Shown here: positions 26,597 through 36,897 of the stretch, in pieces
Layout of the letters: each line of letters begins with the position of its first letter
Numbering within the stretch: position 1 is the first letter of the stretch
Assembly: GCA_028712565.1 (NCBI GenBank)
Contig: JAQTPW010000001.1
Coordinates: 2,653-66,652 of the forward strand
From: Minisyncoccota bacterium
Lineage (GTDB): Bacteria; Patescibacteriota; Minisyncoccia; Minisyncoccales; JAQTPW01
Direction: 5' to 3'
Length of the DNA stretch: 64,000 nt
Position numbers and translations under genes: made by a program
Notes under the pieces: model-generated
Told to the model about the DNA's origin: nothing
The model's input: the letters and a program-made list of their open reading frames with translations, nothing else
Databases searched by the model: none

Positions 26597-28978
26597 ATGA
26601 CAAAACAAAAATATATCCTTTGGTTTAACGAAACATCAAGAAAAAATGTCCCCGAGGTGGGAGGAAAAAATGCGTCTTTGGGAGAGATGTATTCTAATTT
26701 AACCGAAAAAGGGATTTCAATTCCTAATGGCTTTGCCACGACAAGCGGCGCTTATTGGTATTTTTTGAAAAAAAATCAATTATTGCCCAAATTAAAACAC
26801 CTTTTTACGAAATTAAATGTAAAAAATATTAAAAATTTGCAGGAAATTGGAAAGGGCGCAAGAGAATTGATATTAAGGGCTGAATTTCCTGATGATTTAA
26901 AAAATGAAATTATCCGAGATTACCGGAAATTAGGCGAGGAATATGGAAAAAATCCAGACGTTGCGGTGAGAAGTTCTGCGACTGCCGAAGACCTTCCTAC
27001 TGCGAGCTTTGCCGGGCTCCATGAAACGTATTTGAATATCAAAGGAGAAAAAGAATTATTATTGGCGGTTAAAAAATGCATCGCCTCCTTATTTAACGAT
27101 CGGGCGATTTTTTACAGAGTAGAAAAGGGATTTGACCATTTTAAAATTGCCTTATCTGTTGGAATTATGAAAATGGTAAGAAGCGATTTGGATTCAGCAG
27201 GCGTTATGTTTACTTTGGATACTGAAACAGGTTTTCGGGGAACCGTTTTAATTAATGGAAGCTGGGGCTTGGGAGAAATGGTGGTGAAAGGAAAAGCCAC
27301 TCCTGATGAATTTTTAGTTTTCAAACCGACGTTAATGGAAGGATTCAGGCCTATTATATTAAAAAATTTAGGCCCCAAAAGAATAAAATTAATTTATGGC
27401 AAAACTGAAACAAAAGAAGTAAATGTCCCCCTGGGAGACCAAAAAAGATTTGTTTTAAACGATGATGAAATTTTGCAGCTGGCAAAATGGGCTGTTTTAA
27501 TCGAAGAGCATTACGGCATGCCCATGGATATTGAATGGGCAAAAGACGGGATAAACAAAAAATTATTTATTGTTCAGGCAAGGCCAGAAACTGTTCATGC
27601 GGCAAATAAAACTCACAGTTATGTCCAATATCTTTTAAAAGAAAAAGGAGAGCTTATTCTGGAAGGCGAGGCAATCGGTTCTAAAATAGCTTCTGGTAAG
27701 GCCCGGGTAATTCCGAATGTTTCGGAAATAAAACAGTTTAATCCCGGTGAAATTTTGGTGACCAGAATTACCGATCCCGATTGGACAAGCATTATGAAAG
27801 AAGCCAAAGCCATAATTACTGAAGAAGGGGGGAGAACCTGCCATGCGGCAATTGTCAGCAGGGAGCTCGGGATTCCCTGCATTGTTGGGGCAGACAGGGC
27901 TACTAAAATTTTAAAAACAGGAAAGGTTTTGACAGTTGATTGTTCTGGAGGCCAAAGAGGGCAAATTTATAACGGCGAATTAAAGTTTGAAATTAAAAAA
28001 ACTGATTTAAAGAGCATTCCCAAAACCAGAACTAAAATTATGATGAATGTAGGCCAGCCGGATATTGCTTTCCAAAATTCATTTTTACCAAATTCCGGAG
28101 TGGGTTTGGCCAGAGAGGAATTTATTATTGCTTCTCAAATTAAGATCCATCCTTTGGCGCTTTATAATTTTAACAAAATTAAAGACGCGAATTTAAAACG
28201 AAAAATTGAAGAATTGACAAACGGCTACTCGGATAAAAAAGATTATTATATTGATAAGCTTGCCGAGGGAGTTGGTAAAATCGGAGCTGCTTTTTATCCA
28301 AATCCAGTAATTGTCAGATTTTCAGATTTTAAATCGAATGAATATGCCGAGCTTTTGGGCGGCGCTTCCTTTGAGCCCAAAGAATCAAATCCTATGCTCG
28401 GTTGGAGAGGAGCATCAAGATATTACGATGAAAATTTCAGGCCGGCTTTTAAAATGGAATGCCAGGCGATTAAAAAAGTACGAGAAGTTTTTGGCCTTAA
28501 AAATGTTTGGACAATGATTCCATTTTGCCGGACTATAAAAGAAGGGAAAACCGTTCTTGGGGAGATGGCAAAAAATGGCTTGGAAAAAGGAAAAGACGGC
28601 CTTAGGGTTATAGTCATGTGCGAAATTCCTTCCAATGTTATTTTGGCTGAAAAATTTTTGGATATTTTTGACGGAATGAGCATTGGCAGTAATGATTTAA
28701 CTCAGTTGGTTTTGGGGCTAGACCGTGATTCCGCTTTGGTTTATAGTGTCGGAGATGAAAGAAACGAAGCCGTAAAAGAAATGGTAAAAAAGGTAATTGA
28801 GATTTGCAAAAAAAGAAGAAAATATGTTGGAATTTGCGGAGAAGCGCCAAGCAATTGGCCGGAATTTGCTGAATTTTTAGTAGAGCAGGGGATTGAATCA
28901 ATGTCTTTAAATCCCGATACAGTGGTTAAAACTACTTTATTAGTAGCTAAAAAAGAATCTGCCCGCGGGCAGAAATAA
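26597..28978 (+). CDS. ppsA: Phosphoenolpyruvate synthase (pyruvate, water dikinase)
   Basis: 793 aa. ATP-grasp N-domain, phospho-His region ..EEGGRTCHAAIVSRELGIP.., PEP-utilising C-domain. Confidence 0.93.
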   Translation: MTKQKYILWFNETSRKNVPEVGGKNASLGEMYSNLTEKGISIPNGFATTSGAYWYFLKKNQLLPKLKHLFTKLNVKNIKNLQEIGKGARELILRAEFPDDLKNEIIRDYRKLGEEYGKNPDVAVRSSATAEDLPTASFAGLHETYLNIKGEKELLLAVKKCIASLFNDRAIFYRVEKGFDHFKIALSVGIMKMVRSDLDSAGVMFTLDTETGFRGTVLINGSWGLGEMVVKGKATPDEFLVFKPTLMEGFRPIILKNLGPKRIKLIYGKTETKEVNVPLGDQKRFVLNDDEILQLAKWAVLIEEHYGMPMDIEWAKDGINKKLFIVQARPETVHAANKTHSYVQYLLKEKGELILEGEAIGSKIASGKARVIPNVSEIKQFNPGEILVTRITDPDWTSIMKEAKAIITEEGGRTCHAAIVSRELGIPCIVGADRATKILKTGKVLTVDCSGGQRGQIYNGELKFEIKKTDLKSIPKTRTKIMMNVGQPDIAFQNSFLPNSGVGLAREEFIIASQIKIHPLALYNFNKIKDANLKRKIEELTNGYSDKKDYYIDKLAEGVGKIGAAFYPNPVIVRFSDFKSNEYAELLGGASFEPKESNPMLGWRGASRYYDENFRPAFKMECQAIKKVREVFGLKNVWTMIPFCRTIKEGKTVLGEMAKNGLEKGKDGLRVIVMCEIPSNVILAEKFLDIFDGMSIGSNDLTQLVLGLDRDSALVYSVGDERNEAVKEMVKKVIEICKKRRKYVGICGEAPSNWPEFAEFLVEQGIESMSLNPDTVVKTTLLVAKKESARGQK

Positions 28979-28979
28979 T

Positions 28980-29960
28980 ATGTTTGATATCATAACTTTC
29001 GGTTCGGCGAGCCAGGATATTTATTTAAAATCAGGAAAATTCATCCCGATTTTAAATAAAAAATTTACGACTGGAAAAGCGGTTTGTTTGGATTTTGGCT
29101 CAAAAAATGAGGTAGATGAAGTTTTCCTGTCTACGGGCGGCGGAGGAACAAATGCAGCTGCGACCTTTGCGCTTCAAGGTTTAAAAACGGCGTACTGCGG
29201 AAAGTTGGGCGCAGATCTCGCCTCCGAAAGCATAATTTCTGAGTTAAAAAAATTTGGAATTTGCACCGACTTTATTTTGAAAGACAAAAATTTCTCCACA
29301 AATATTTCCGTAATTTTAACTGGCTTTGGGAACGAAAGAACTATCTTAGTTTACCGGGGAGCGTCTGACAATCTAGGAAAAAAAGATATTCCTTGGCAAA
29401 AAATAAAAAATGCAAAATGGTTCTATTTTGCGCCCTTTTCCGGGAAATTGGCAGAAAATACCCAAGAATTAATTGATTTTGCAAAGAAAAATGGAATTTT
29501 TATCGCGTTCAATCCCGGCTATGCCCAGTTAAATTTCAAAACAGATCTTTTGAAACGAATTTTGCAGAAAATAGACATTTTGATTTTAAATCAAGAGGAA
29601 GCGGCCCATCTTACAAAAATTCCTTATAAAAAAGAGACAGAAATATTTAAAAAAATTGATAAATTAACAAAAGGAATAGTGATTATGACAAAAGGTGCAG
29701 AAGGCGCAACTGTTTCTGACGGAAAATATATTTATTTTGCAAAACCATTGGATGTAAAAGTTGCTGAAAAAACAGGAGCCGGGGATGCGTTCGGATCAGG
29801 TTTTGTTTCAGGAATTATTGAAAAAAATGATTTAGTTTATGCTATTCAGCTGGCAGTGGCAAATTCCGCAGCCAACATCACAGAAATCGGAGCGAAAACA
29901 GGATTGCTGCGGAGAGGTCAGAAATGGGAGAAGGTTAAAGTTAAAATCAACAAAATTTAA
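28980..29960 (+). CDS. PfkB-family carbohydrate kinase
   Basis: 326 aa. ..TGGGGTNAA.. and C-terminal ..TGAGDAFGSGF... Confidence 0.8.
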   Translation: MFDIITFGSASQDIYLKSGKFIPILNKKFTTGKAVCLDFGSKNEVDEVFLSTGGGGTNAAATFALQGLKTAYCGKLGADLASESIISELKKFGICTDFILKDKNFSTNISVILTGFGNERTILVYRGASDNLGKKDIPWQKIKNAKWFYFAPFSGKLAENTQELIDFAKKNGIFIAFNPGYAQLNFKTDLLKRILQKIDILILNQEEAAHLTKIPYKKETEIFKKIDKLTKGIVIMTKGAEGATVSDGKYIYFAKPLDVKVAEKTGAGDAFGSGFVSGIIEKNDLVYAIQLAVANSAANITEIGAKTGLLRRGQKWEKVKVKINKI

Positions 29961-29971
29961 AATTTAATTTT

Positions 29972-30832
29972 ATGAATTTCCGGGATTACATTATAGAAGC
30001 CCAAAAAGAAAAATGGGCAATCGGGCAGTTTAATATTTCAAATTTGGAAACCTTAAAAGCCATAGTTGCGGCTGCCCAGAAATTAAAAAGCCCAATTATT
30101 ATTGGCACGTCAGAAAATGAAAGCAAGTTTTTGGGCTTGGAGGAAACAGTCGCCTTAATTTCTGCGGTTCGGAAAAAAAGCGGCCTTCCTATCATTTTAA
30201 ATCTTGACCATGGAAAAACTTTAGATTATATTAAAGAGGCGGTATCTTTAGGATATGATGCCGTTCATTTTGACGGTTCAAAGCTTTCTTTGGCTGAAAA
30301 TATAGACATTACAAAAAAAGTTGTTGAATTTGCGTATAGAAAAAAGGTTTTAGTCGAAGGTGAGGTCGGAATTATTTTTGGAAGTTCTGAGCTTCATGAA
30401 GAAAAAATTGAAGTAAAAAAAGAAGATTTAACAGATCCAGAAAAAGCGCTGAAATTTATAAACGAAACTAAAGTTGATACTTTGGCAGTAAATGTTGGCA
30501 CCTTCCACGGGCTAGAGACAACGGGAGAAAAACATGTTAATATTAAAAGGTTAAAAGAGATTAAAAACAAGGTTAAAAACCAATTTCTGGTTTTGCATGG
30601 AGGTTCCGGGATTCCCGAAAAAGACATAAAAGAAGCGGTAAGGGGCGGAATTGTAAAAATCAATATTAACACTGAACTAAGATTGGCTTTTACCGAAGGG
30701 CTGAAAAAGAGTTTTTCTGAAGATTCTAAAGAAAGTGTGCCTTATAAATATATGCCAGAAGTAATTTCTGGAATACAAAAAGTCGTTGAAGAAAAAATAA
30801 AATTATTCGGTTCAAATAATAAAATAAAATGA
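29972..30832 (+). CDS. fba: Class II fructose-bisphosphate aldolase
   Basis: 286 aa. ..NLDHGKT.., ..LVLHGGSG... Confidence 0.88.
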   Translation: MNFRDYIIEAQKEKWAIGQFNISNLETLKAIVAAAQKLKSPIIIGTSENESKFLGLEETVALISAVRKKSGLPIILNLDHGKTLDYIKEAVSLGYDAVHFDGSKLSLAENIDITKKVVEFAYRKKVLVEGEVGIIFGSSELHEEKIEVKKEDLTDPEKALKFINETKVDTLAVNVGTFHGLETTGEKHVNIKRLKEIKNKVKNQFLVLHGGSGIPEKDIKEAVRGGIVKININTELRLAFTEGLKKSFSEDSKESVPYKYMPEVISGIQKVVEEKIKLFGSNNKIK

Positions 30833-31041
30833 AAATTACATTAGAAAGAGAAAAATGCATTGGCTGCGGTTCTTGCGTTTCTGTCTGCGGAAAATTTTTT
30901 GAAATGGCAGATGATGGAAAATCTACAATCAAGGGCGCAAAAACTGGCCAGGGCGGAAATCTTGAATTAGAAACGAATGAGGCCGAATGCGCAAAAGACG
31001 CAGCTGATATTTGCCCGGTTCAAATAATCCATATAAACTAA
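30829..31041 (+). CDS. Small [4Fe-4S]/[3Fe-4S] ferredoxin
   Basis: 70 aa. CIGCGSCVSVCG ... distal CP (..DICPVQ..). Confidence 0.8.
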   Translation: MKITLEREKCIGCGSCVSVCGKFFEMADDGKSTIKGAKTGQGGNLELETNEAECAKDAADICPVQIIHIN

Positions 31042-31057
31042 AAATTTAGAAATATTT

Positions 31058-31747
31058 ATGTTAAGTTTATCCGTAAAAACTAGAGAAATTCTTGGAAAGA
31101 AAACAAAAACCCTCAGGAAAAAAAATATAATTCCCGCTGTTTTGTATGGCCCGGAAGTAAAAAATATTTCTTTGGACATTGATGAAAAGCAATTTGAAAA
31201 AATCTTCAGCGAAGTCGGAGAATCCTCTTTGATAAGCCTTGAATTGGAAGGAAAAACGAAAAAAGATTTTCAGGTTTTAATACATGAGGTCCAAAGAAAC
31301 AATTTGGATGGAAAACTAATCCATGTTGATTTTTATGCCCCGCCATTGTCAGAAGAAATCATCATTAAAGTGCCTCTTACAATCGTAGGCCAATCTCCGG
31401 CGATTAAAGATTTAGGGGGGACTTTGGTAAGAGACATCCATGAAATAGAAATTAAAGGTTTGGTTTCCGATTTGCCAAAAGAAATTAAAGTGGACATATC
31501 TTCTCTTAAAACTTTTGAAGATCATATTTTGATTAAGCATTTGGATCTTCCTTTAAAAATTAAAGTTTTGAAAAATCCGGAAGATATCATAATTTCAGTA
31601 GCTCCGCCGGAAAAGGTGGAAGAAGAATTAGCAAAGCCGGCAGAAGAAAAAATAGAAGAGGTGGAAAAAGTAGAAAAGCCCAAAAAGGCAGAAGCGGCAG
31701 AAGCCGAGGAAGAAACTGCAAAAACCGAGGTACAAAAATCAAAATAA
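31058..31747 (+). CDS. rplY: 50S ribosomal protein L25/Ctc
   Basis: 229 aa. ..RKKNIIPAVLYG.., with an acidic/Lys-rich C-terminal extension. Confidence 0.88.
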   Translation: MLSLSVKTREILGKKTKTLRKKNIIPAVLYGPEVKNISLDIDEKQFEKIFSEVGESSLISLELEGKTKKDFQVLIHEVQRNNLDGKLIHVDFYAPPLSEEIIIKVPLTIVGQSPAIKDLGGTLVRDIHEIEIKGLVSDLPKEIKVDISSLKTFEDHILIKHLDLPLKIKVLKNPEDIIISVAPPEKVEEELAKPAEEKIEEVEKVEKPKKAEAAEAEEETAKTEVQKSK

Positions 31748-31749
31748 TA

Positions 31750-33123
31750 ATGAAGCGTTTTTGCTTTTCAAAAATTCTCTTATCTTTTTTTGTATGTTTG
31801 GCGTTGTTTGCGCCTAATTTGGGATTTTTGGTTTTGGCCGATTCCGATCCGGCTTCCGAAAGAACCGCCCTTGAGTTAGAACTGAAGGAGCTGGAAAATC
31901 AAATTGCAAATTATGAAAAAGACATATCCAAAACCCAAGCCCAAAAAAATACTCTTAAAAATCAAATTTCTCTTTTGAAAAAAAAGATTGATAAGTTGAA
32001 TCTTCAGATCCAGCAGGGAAACATAATGATAAAGGATTTGAATATTCAAATTTCTGACACTGAAACGTCTATTATTAAGACTTCAAAAAAGATTGACGAT
32101 TCCAAAGAAAAATTAACAAGTATTTTAAGGATAATTTACGAAGAAGATCAAAAATCCGGCCTTGAGGTTCTTTTGTCTGGCAAAGAAATTTCTGATTTTT
32201 TTGACAATCTTATGGCTTTGGAGGTTTTAAACTCAAAAAACCAGGATCTTTTGAAGGAAATAAAGAATTTAAAATCAGATTTGGAGAGCCAAAAAACTTC
32301 GTTAGACAGCGAAAAATCAGATTTGGAAAATGTTGTAAAAATACAGACATTGCAGAAAAAGGAAAATGAAAGCAATAAAATAACTCAGGAAAGCCTGTTG
32401 AAATTAACAGAAGCTGAATACCAAAAGAGTTTGCAGCAGAAAGCCGAAGCCGAAAAAAAAGCGGCTGAAATAAGAAGCAGAATTTTCCAATTAATTGGCG
32501 TTTCAAAAGCTCCGACTTTCGGCGAGGCTTATGAGATTGCAAAATATGTTTCTGGAATTACTGGGATCCGTCCCGCATTTTTGCTGGCAATATTAACTCA
32601 AGAATCAAATATTGGGCAGAATGTGGGCCAGTGTTATCTAAAGGACCCCAAAACTGGCAGCGGAATTTATATAAAAACTGGTGCAACTGCTCCAAACACA
32701 ATGAGCCCGAAAGAGGTCCCTTATTTTTTGGAAATTATAAATAACTTAAATAAATCTAAAGGACTGTCTCGCGACGCTTACCAAACTCCGGTTTCCTGCT
32801 GCATGTATTCCAACGGAAAGCCCTACGGTTGGGGAGGAGCAATGGGGCCTAGCCAATTTATTCCTTCTACGTGGTCAAAATATGGGCAAAAAGTAACAGA
32901 AATCACTGGCAAGGCTTCTGATCCTTGGAATATCAGCGACGCTTTTTTGGCAACCGGCCTGTATCTTAGGGATTTGGGAGGGGCTCAAAAAGAATTTAAT
33001 GCCGCAATGCATTATTTTTCCGGGGCAACTTGGGCGAAATGGGAAGAATTTTATGGGAGATCGGCTGTCCAAATTGCAAATCAATACGAGGCAGATATTA
33101 AAGATCTTGAAGGGGCTAAGTAA
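31750..33123 (+). CDS. Secreted coiled-coil protein with C-terminal lytic-transglycosylase-like (SLT_2/MltB-type) domain
   Basis: Signal/TM at the N-terminus, about 230-aa heptad-rich region, then ..LAILTQESNIG.. and ..GAMGPSQFIPSTW... Confidence 0.65.
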   Translation: MKRFCFSKILLSFFVCLALFAPNLGFLVLADSDPASERTALELELKELENQIANYEKDISKTQAQKNTLKNQISLLKKKIDKLNLQIQQGNIMIKDLNIQISDTETSIIKTSKKIDDSKEKLTSILRIIYEEDQKSGLEVLLSGKEISDFFDNLMALEVLNSKNQDLLKEIKNLKSDLESQKTSLDSEKSDLENVVKIQTLQKKENESNKITQESLLKLTEAEYQKSLQQKAEAEKKAAEIRSRIFQLIGVSKAPTFGEAYEIAKYVSGITGIRPAFLLAILTQESNIGQNVGQCYLKDPKTGSGIYIKTGATAPNTMSPKEVPYFLEIINNLNKSKGLSRDAYQTPVSCCMYSNGKPYGWGGAMGPSQFIPSTWSKYGQKVTEITGKASDPWNISDAFLATGLYLRDLGGAQKEFNAAMHYFSGATWAKWEEFYGRSAVQIANQYEADIKDLEGAK

Positions 33124-34197
33124 TCAGGTATTTAAATTTTTTTCCAAACTTTCTATAATTTGGTCTAATTTTCCGTCCATAATCGCCTCTAGATTATGGA
33201 AGCTTTTTTTGATGCGGTGGTCAGTCAATCTGTCTTGGGGAAAATTATAGGTTCTAATTTTTTCTGCTCTTTTTGCCTGTCCAATCTGGGTTTTTCTTTT
33301 TCCGGAAATCTTTTCATTTTCTGAAGTAATTTGCTGCTCCAGTAATTTTGCTTCCAAAATAGAAAGCGCATTGTTTTTATTTTGGAATTGGTCTCTTTCA
33401 GTTTGAGAAGTCACAACCAAGCCGGTCGGCAAATGGGTTATTCTTACTGCTGTATGCCTTTTATTTACATACTGGCCGCCCGGACCAGAAGAGCAATAAA
33501 AATCAATTTTTATTTCATCTGGCTTTATTTTAATTTCCGCTTTTTTAGGTTTGGGTAAAACCGCAACTGACGCGGTTGAAGTGTGGATTCTGCCGCTTTT
33601 TTCGGTTTCAGGTATCCTTTGAACCCTGTGCACTCCTCCCTCATACTGCATTTTTTCAAAAACATTTCCGCTTAATTCAAAAATTATTTCTTTAAATCCT
33701 CCTATTCCAGCGGGGCTGGAATCCAAGTTTTTTAGCCGCCATCCTTTATTTTGCGCATATCGCGAATACATTCTGTACAAATCTCCCACAAACAGGGCAG
33801 CTTCGTCGCCGCCTGTCCCGGCCCTGATTTCAATAATTGCAGACATCCCTTCGCTTTTTTGGGCATTGGCAGACAAAGCTTCTTCAGGGTCTTCATTTCC
33901 ATTTAATAAACTATCCAGATTCTTAATTAATGATTTTTCCTTTTCCTGAAGTTGAAGAATTTCTCCTTCCGCCAAGGATACGAGTTCCGGATCTTCGCCG
34001 CCTGAAATTATTAATTTATTTTCTTCAATTTTATTTTTTGTTTCGCTTATCTCCTTTTCTGTTTCAAATATTTTTTCCAAAAAATTTTTCCTTTTCAAAA
34101 GTTCCTGAAATTTTTCCCAATCTGAAAGCAACTCAGGGTTGCTGAGTTGCGCTAAAATATCTTCGTGTTCCTTTCTTAGAGTTTCGATGTTATTCAT
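33124..34197 (-). CDS. prfA: Peptide chain release factor 1
   Basis: 357 aa. GGQ (SGPGGQYVNK) and an RF1-type PxT tripeptide (RIPETEKSGRIHTS). Its stop codon abuts the stop of the convergent gene with 0-nt spacer. Confidence 0.93.
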   Translation of the reverse strand: MNNIETLRKEHEDILAQLSNPELLSDWEKFQELLKRKNFLEKIFETEKEISETKNKIEENKLIISGGEDPELVSLAEGEILQLQEKEKSLIKNLDSLLNGNEDPEEALSANAQKSEGMSAIIEIRAGTGGDEAALFVGDLYRMYSRYAQNKGWRLKNLDSSPAGIGGFKEIIFELSGNVFEKMQYEGGVHRVQRIPETEKSGRIHTSTASVAVLPKPKKAEIKIKPDEIKIDFYCSSGPGGQYVNKRHTAVRITHLPTGLVVTSQTERDQFQNKNNALSILEAKLLEQQITSENEKISGKRKTQIGQAKRAEKIRTYNFPQDRLTDHRIKKSFHNLEAIMDGKLDQIIESLEKNLNT

Positions 34198-34275
34198 GCG
34201 AATAGATATACTAATTTGATGCTAATCATGCGAATTTGCATTATTTGAATAAAATTCGCATTTGAATTCGCATGC
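34198..34275. repeat. Inverted CATGCGAAT / ATTCGCATG repeats in the prfA-rpmE spacer
   Basis: CATGCGAAT x2 (34196-34204, 34228-34236), then ATTCGCAT x2 (34255-34262, 34267-34275). The first copy contains the prfA start codon. Confidence 0.75.
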
Positions 34276-34500
34276 TTACTTCTTCTTTTTCAGCTCTTCT
34301 TTCTTTGCCATTCTTTTCCTGAATTTTTCAACTCTTCCCATGGTGTCCACCATTTTTTCCTTGCCCGTATAAAAAGGATGGCATTTCGAACAAATTTCAA
34401 CTTCAAGATATTCTTTAGTAGAACCTACAGTAAAAGTGTTTCCGCACGCGCAGCGGACCTGCGCATTTGGATAATATTTTGGATGGATTTTTTCTTTCAT
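34276..34500 (-). CDS. rpmE: 50S ribosomal protein L31
   Basis: 74 aa. MKEKIHPKY.., Zn motif C..C...C..CHPFYTGK. Confidence 0.93.
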   Translation of the reverse strand: MKEKIHPKYYPNAQVRCACGNTFTVGSTKEYLEVEICSKCHPFYTGKEKMVDTMGRVEKFRKRMAKKEELKKKK

Positions 34501-34595
34501 ATATGTTAATATAACAAATTGATTTTAAAAATCAAGAGATTTTCCGCAGATCTTGATTTAAAATCAGGGAATGATATACTAATTATTGATTTATT

Positions 34596-35321
34596 ATGGC
34601 AATTAATAACGAAAAAATTAAAGAAGAAGATTTAAAGTTAGACATTGAAGAAATGGCGAAAGCCGGCCTGCATTTTGGGCATCGTGTTTCTAATACAAAT
34701 CCCAAGATGAAACCTTATATTTTTGGCGTAAGGAATTCAATGCATATTTTGGATCTTGAAAAAACCTCAGAGAAATTAAAAGAAGCCGTAAAATTTATCC
34801 AGAAATTAATTTCCGAGGGGAAAGTTTTATTAGTAGTCGGCACAAAAATTCAAATTAATTCTTTAGTTAAGGATTTTGCAAAAGAATGCGACCTTCCTTA
34901 TGTTTCAGAGAGATGGTTAGGAGGAACTTTTACTAATTTTGAAACTATTTCAAAAAGGATCGCCTTTTTTAAAGATTTGGAAAGAAAAAAGCAGACGGGA
35001 GAGCTGGAAAAATACACAAAAAAAGAAAGATCTCAATTTGATCAAAAGCTTAAAGATTTTGAAAATAAATTTGGCGGTATTAAAGATTTGGGCCGCTTGC
35101 CTGATGCGATTTTAATTTTAGATATGAAAAAAGATGAAATAGCGGTTAGAGAGGCAAAAAATGTCGGAATAAAAATAATCGGGATAACCCATACCAATGT
35201 TGATCCGACTTTGGCGGATTTTCCGATTCCCGCAAACGACGACGCTATTTCTTCAGTAAAATATATTTTGGACAAAATAAAAGAGGCAATACAGAAGGTA
35301 CGACCAAATCCTAAATCCTAA
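34596..35321 (+). CDS. rpsB: 30S ribosomal protein S2
   Basis: 241 aa. ..AGLHFGHRVSNTNPKMKPYIFG... Confidence 0.95.
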   Translation: MAINNEKIKEEDLKLDIEEMAKAGLHFGHRVSNTNPKMKPYIFGVRNSMHILDLEKTSEKLKEAVKFIQKLISEGKVLLVVGTKIQINSLVKDFAKECDLPYVSERWLGGTFTNFETISKRIAFFKDLERKKQTGELEKYTKKERSQFDQKLKDFENKFGGIKDLGRLPDAILILDMKKDEIAVREAKNVGIKIIGITHTNVDPTLADFPIPANDDAISSVKYILDKIKEAIQKVRPNPKS

Positions 35322-35422
35322 TTTCTAAATTCTAAACAAATTCAAAACAGTTTTTTATTTCGGTCACTATAATTTTTTTATTGTTTAGGATTTCGTGCTT
35401 ATAATTTAGAATTTATAATTCT

Positions 35423-35869
35423 ATGGCAAATATTGAGCAAATCAAAAAACTTAGAGAAGAAACGGGATTGTCCGTTATAGAATGCCAAAAAGCTTTAAAA
35501 GAAGCTGACGGGGATTCCGAAGCCGCAAAAGAAATTTTAAAAAAATGGGGAAAAGATTTTGCCCAGACCCGAACCGATAGGGCAGTTAAACAAGGCATAG
35601 TTGACGCTTATGTTCATTGCGGAAGCAAGATAGGAGTAATGATTGAGCTTCGGTGTGAGTCAGATTTTGTCGCAAAGTCAGATGATTTTAAAAATTTAGC
35701 CCATGAATTGTGCTTACAAATTGCAGCTATATCTCCGGATGATATGCCATTGTTGGACCAGCCCTGGATTCGCGATCAAGCAAAAACTATAAAAGACCTG
35801 ATATCTGAATATATTGCAAAATTAGGCGAGAATATTACCCTAGAAAAGTTTGTAAGATATGCGATGTAA
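35423..35869 (+). CDS. tsf: Elongation factor Ts (short form)
   Basis: 148 aa. UBA-like N-terminus IKKLREETGLSVIECQKALKEADGD. Follows rpsB as usual. Confidence 0.9.
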   Translation: MANIEQIKKLREETGLSVIECQKALKEADGDSEAAKEILKKWGKDFAQTRTDRAVKQGIVDAYVHCGSKIGVMIELRCESDFVAKSDDFKNLAHELCLQIAAISPDDMPLLDQPWIRDQAKTIKDLISEYIAKLGENITLEKFVRYAM

Positions 35870-35886
35870 TAGAATCTCAAATAATT

Positions 35887-36255
35887 ATGAGTCTTGAAAC
35901 ATTTAGTTTGGCAATATTAATTTCTAGCTTTTTAGGATTATTATTTTTTGTATTTAGGAAAATCCCTTCTCTAATTAAATTACCAGAGGCATCTTTGGAA
36001 GTTTCTGGAGGAAATTTTTTTTCGAAAGTAAAAGATAAGATTAAAAATAAGACAGGGTTTAAATCCTTTTCTCCCAATATAATTTTGCAGAAAATAATTT
36101 CTCAAATCAGGATTCTCAGCTTAAAAACCGACAGCAAAACCTTTAGTTGGCTAAAGAAAATGAGAGAAAAAGATCAGGAAAATAAACTGACCGACGATAA
36201 TTATTGGGAGGAATTAAAGGACCCAACGGAAGATTCTAAAGACTTAAAAAAATAG
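35887..36255 (+). CDS. Hypothetical small membrane protein
   Basis: 122 aa, one N-terminal hydrophobic helix, no recognisable motif. Confidence 0.45.
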   Translation: MSLETFSLAILISSFLGLLFFVFRKIPSLIKLPEASLEVSGGNFFSKVKDKIKNKTGFKSFSPNIILQKIISQIRILSLKTDSKTFSWLKKMREKDQENKLTDDNYWEELKDPTEDSKDLKK

Positions 36256-36274
36256 AGCGAAATATTTTTAAGCT

Positions 36275-36345
36275 GCCTCCTTAGCTTAGTGGCAAAGCAG
36301 TAGTTTTGTAAACTACTGACGCGGGTTCGATTCCTGCAGGAGGCT
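36275..36345 (+). tRNA. tRNA-Thr (anticodon UGU)
   Basis: Manual cloverleaf: acceptor GCCTCCT/AGGAGGC, D stem GCTT/AAGC, anticodon stem GTAGT/ACTAC with loop TT-TGT-AA, T arm GCGGG-TTCGATT-CCTGC. No encoded CCA. Confidence 0.85.
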
Positions 36346-36398
36346 TTTTCTGTTGTTCGCGAGCTCGATTCTTTTAATCGGCTTCTCATTGTAGAAAA

Positions 36399-36893
36399 TT
36401 GTTTCTGCGAGAACGATGGAAAAAACAAAAATTTTGCTCCAATAAATGTGCGATGAAAGTAATTGGTGGGAAACCAACTTCTCCCAAGGCCGCGAGGGGG
36501 AAAGCGGGCATTAGGCAAGACATCAATGGGAAAATTTATTTTTACAGTCGTTGGGAAGCAAACGTCGCTCGTTTATATAATTATTTAGGGATTAAGTGGT
36601 TATATCAGCCTAAAACCTTCGATTTGGGTTCACAAAGCTATACCCCCGATTTTTATCTGCCAAAAGAAAAAGCTTATATTGAGGTTAAGAATTTTCTTTG
36701 GAAATATTCAAAAATAAGAGATGAAAAATTTAGAAAAATTTACCCCGATATTAAATTAAAATTGATTTTAAAAGCTGAATATTCAAAGCTTGAAAACAAA
36801 TATTCAAAACTCATAAGGAATTGGGAGTATAGGAATAGCCCTTTTCCTTGTAGAACGAATGTTTGCAAACTCCGAAGGGGTAAGGTAGAATAA
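36399..36893 (+). CDS. PD-(D/E)XK nuclease (T7 endonuclease I / TnsA-N-like), possibly 5'-truncated
   Basis: ..SRWEANVARL..YTPDFYLPKEKAYIEVK.. has the E..PD..(E)xK layout. The N-terminus keeps only half of an FCS-type zinc ribbon (KFCSNKC) and has no ATG (TTG start). Sits directly 3' of tRNA-Thr. Confidence 0.55.
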   Translation: MFLRERWKKQKFCSNKCAMKVIGGKPTSPKAARGKAGIRQDINGKIYFYSRWEANVARLYNYLGIKWLYQPKTFDLGSQSYTPDFYLPKEKAYIEVKNFLWKYSKIRDEKFRKIYPDIKLKLILKAEYSKLENKYSKLIRNWEYRNSPFPCRTNVCKLRRGKVE

Positions 36894-36897
36894 CGCT

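Noticed and set aside
35321-35345. 17-mer AATTTCTAAATTCTAAA repeated in inverted orientation at 55421-55437
   Set aside because: This is low-complexity A/T sequence at two gene boundaries. It may be terminator or promoter debris, and there is too little information to call it a repeat family.
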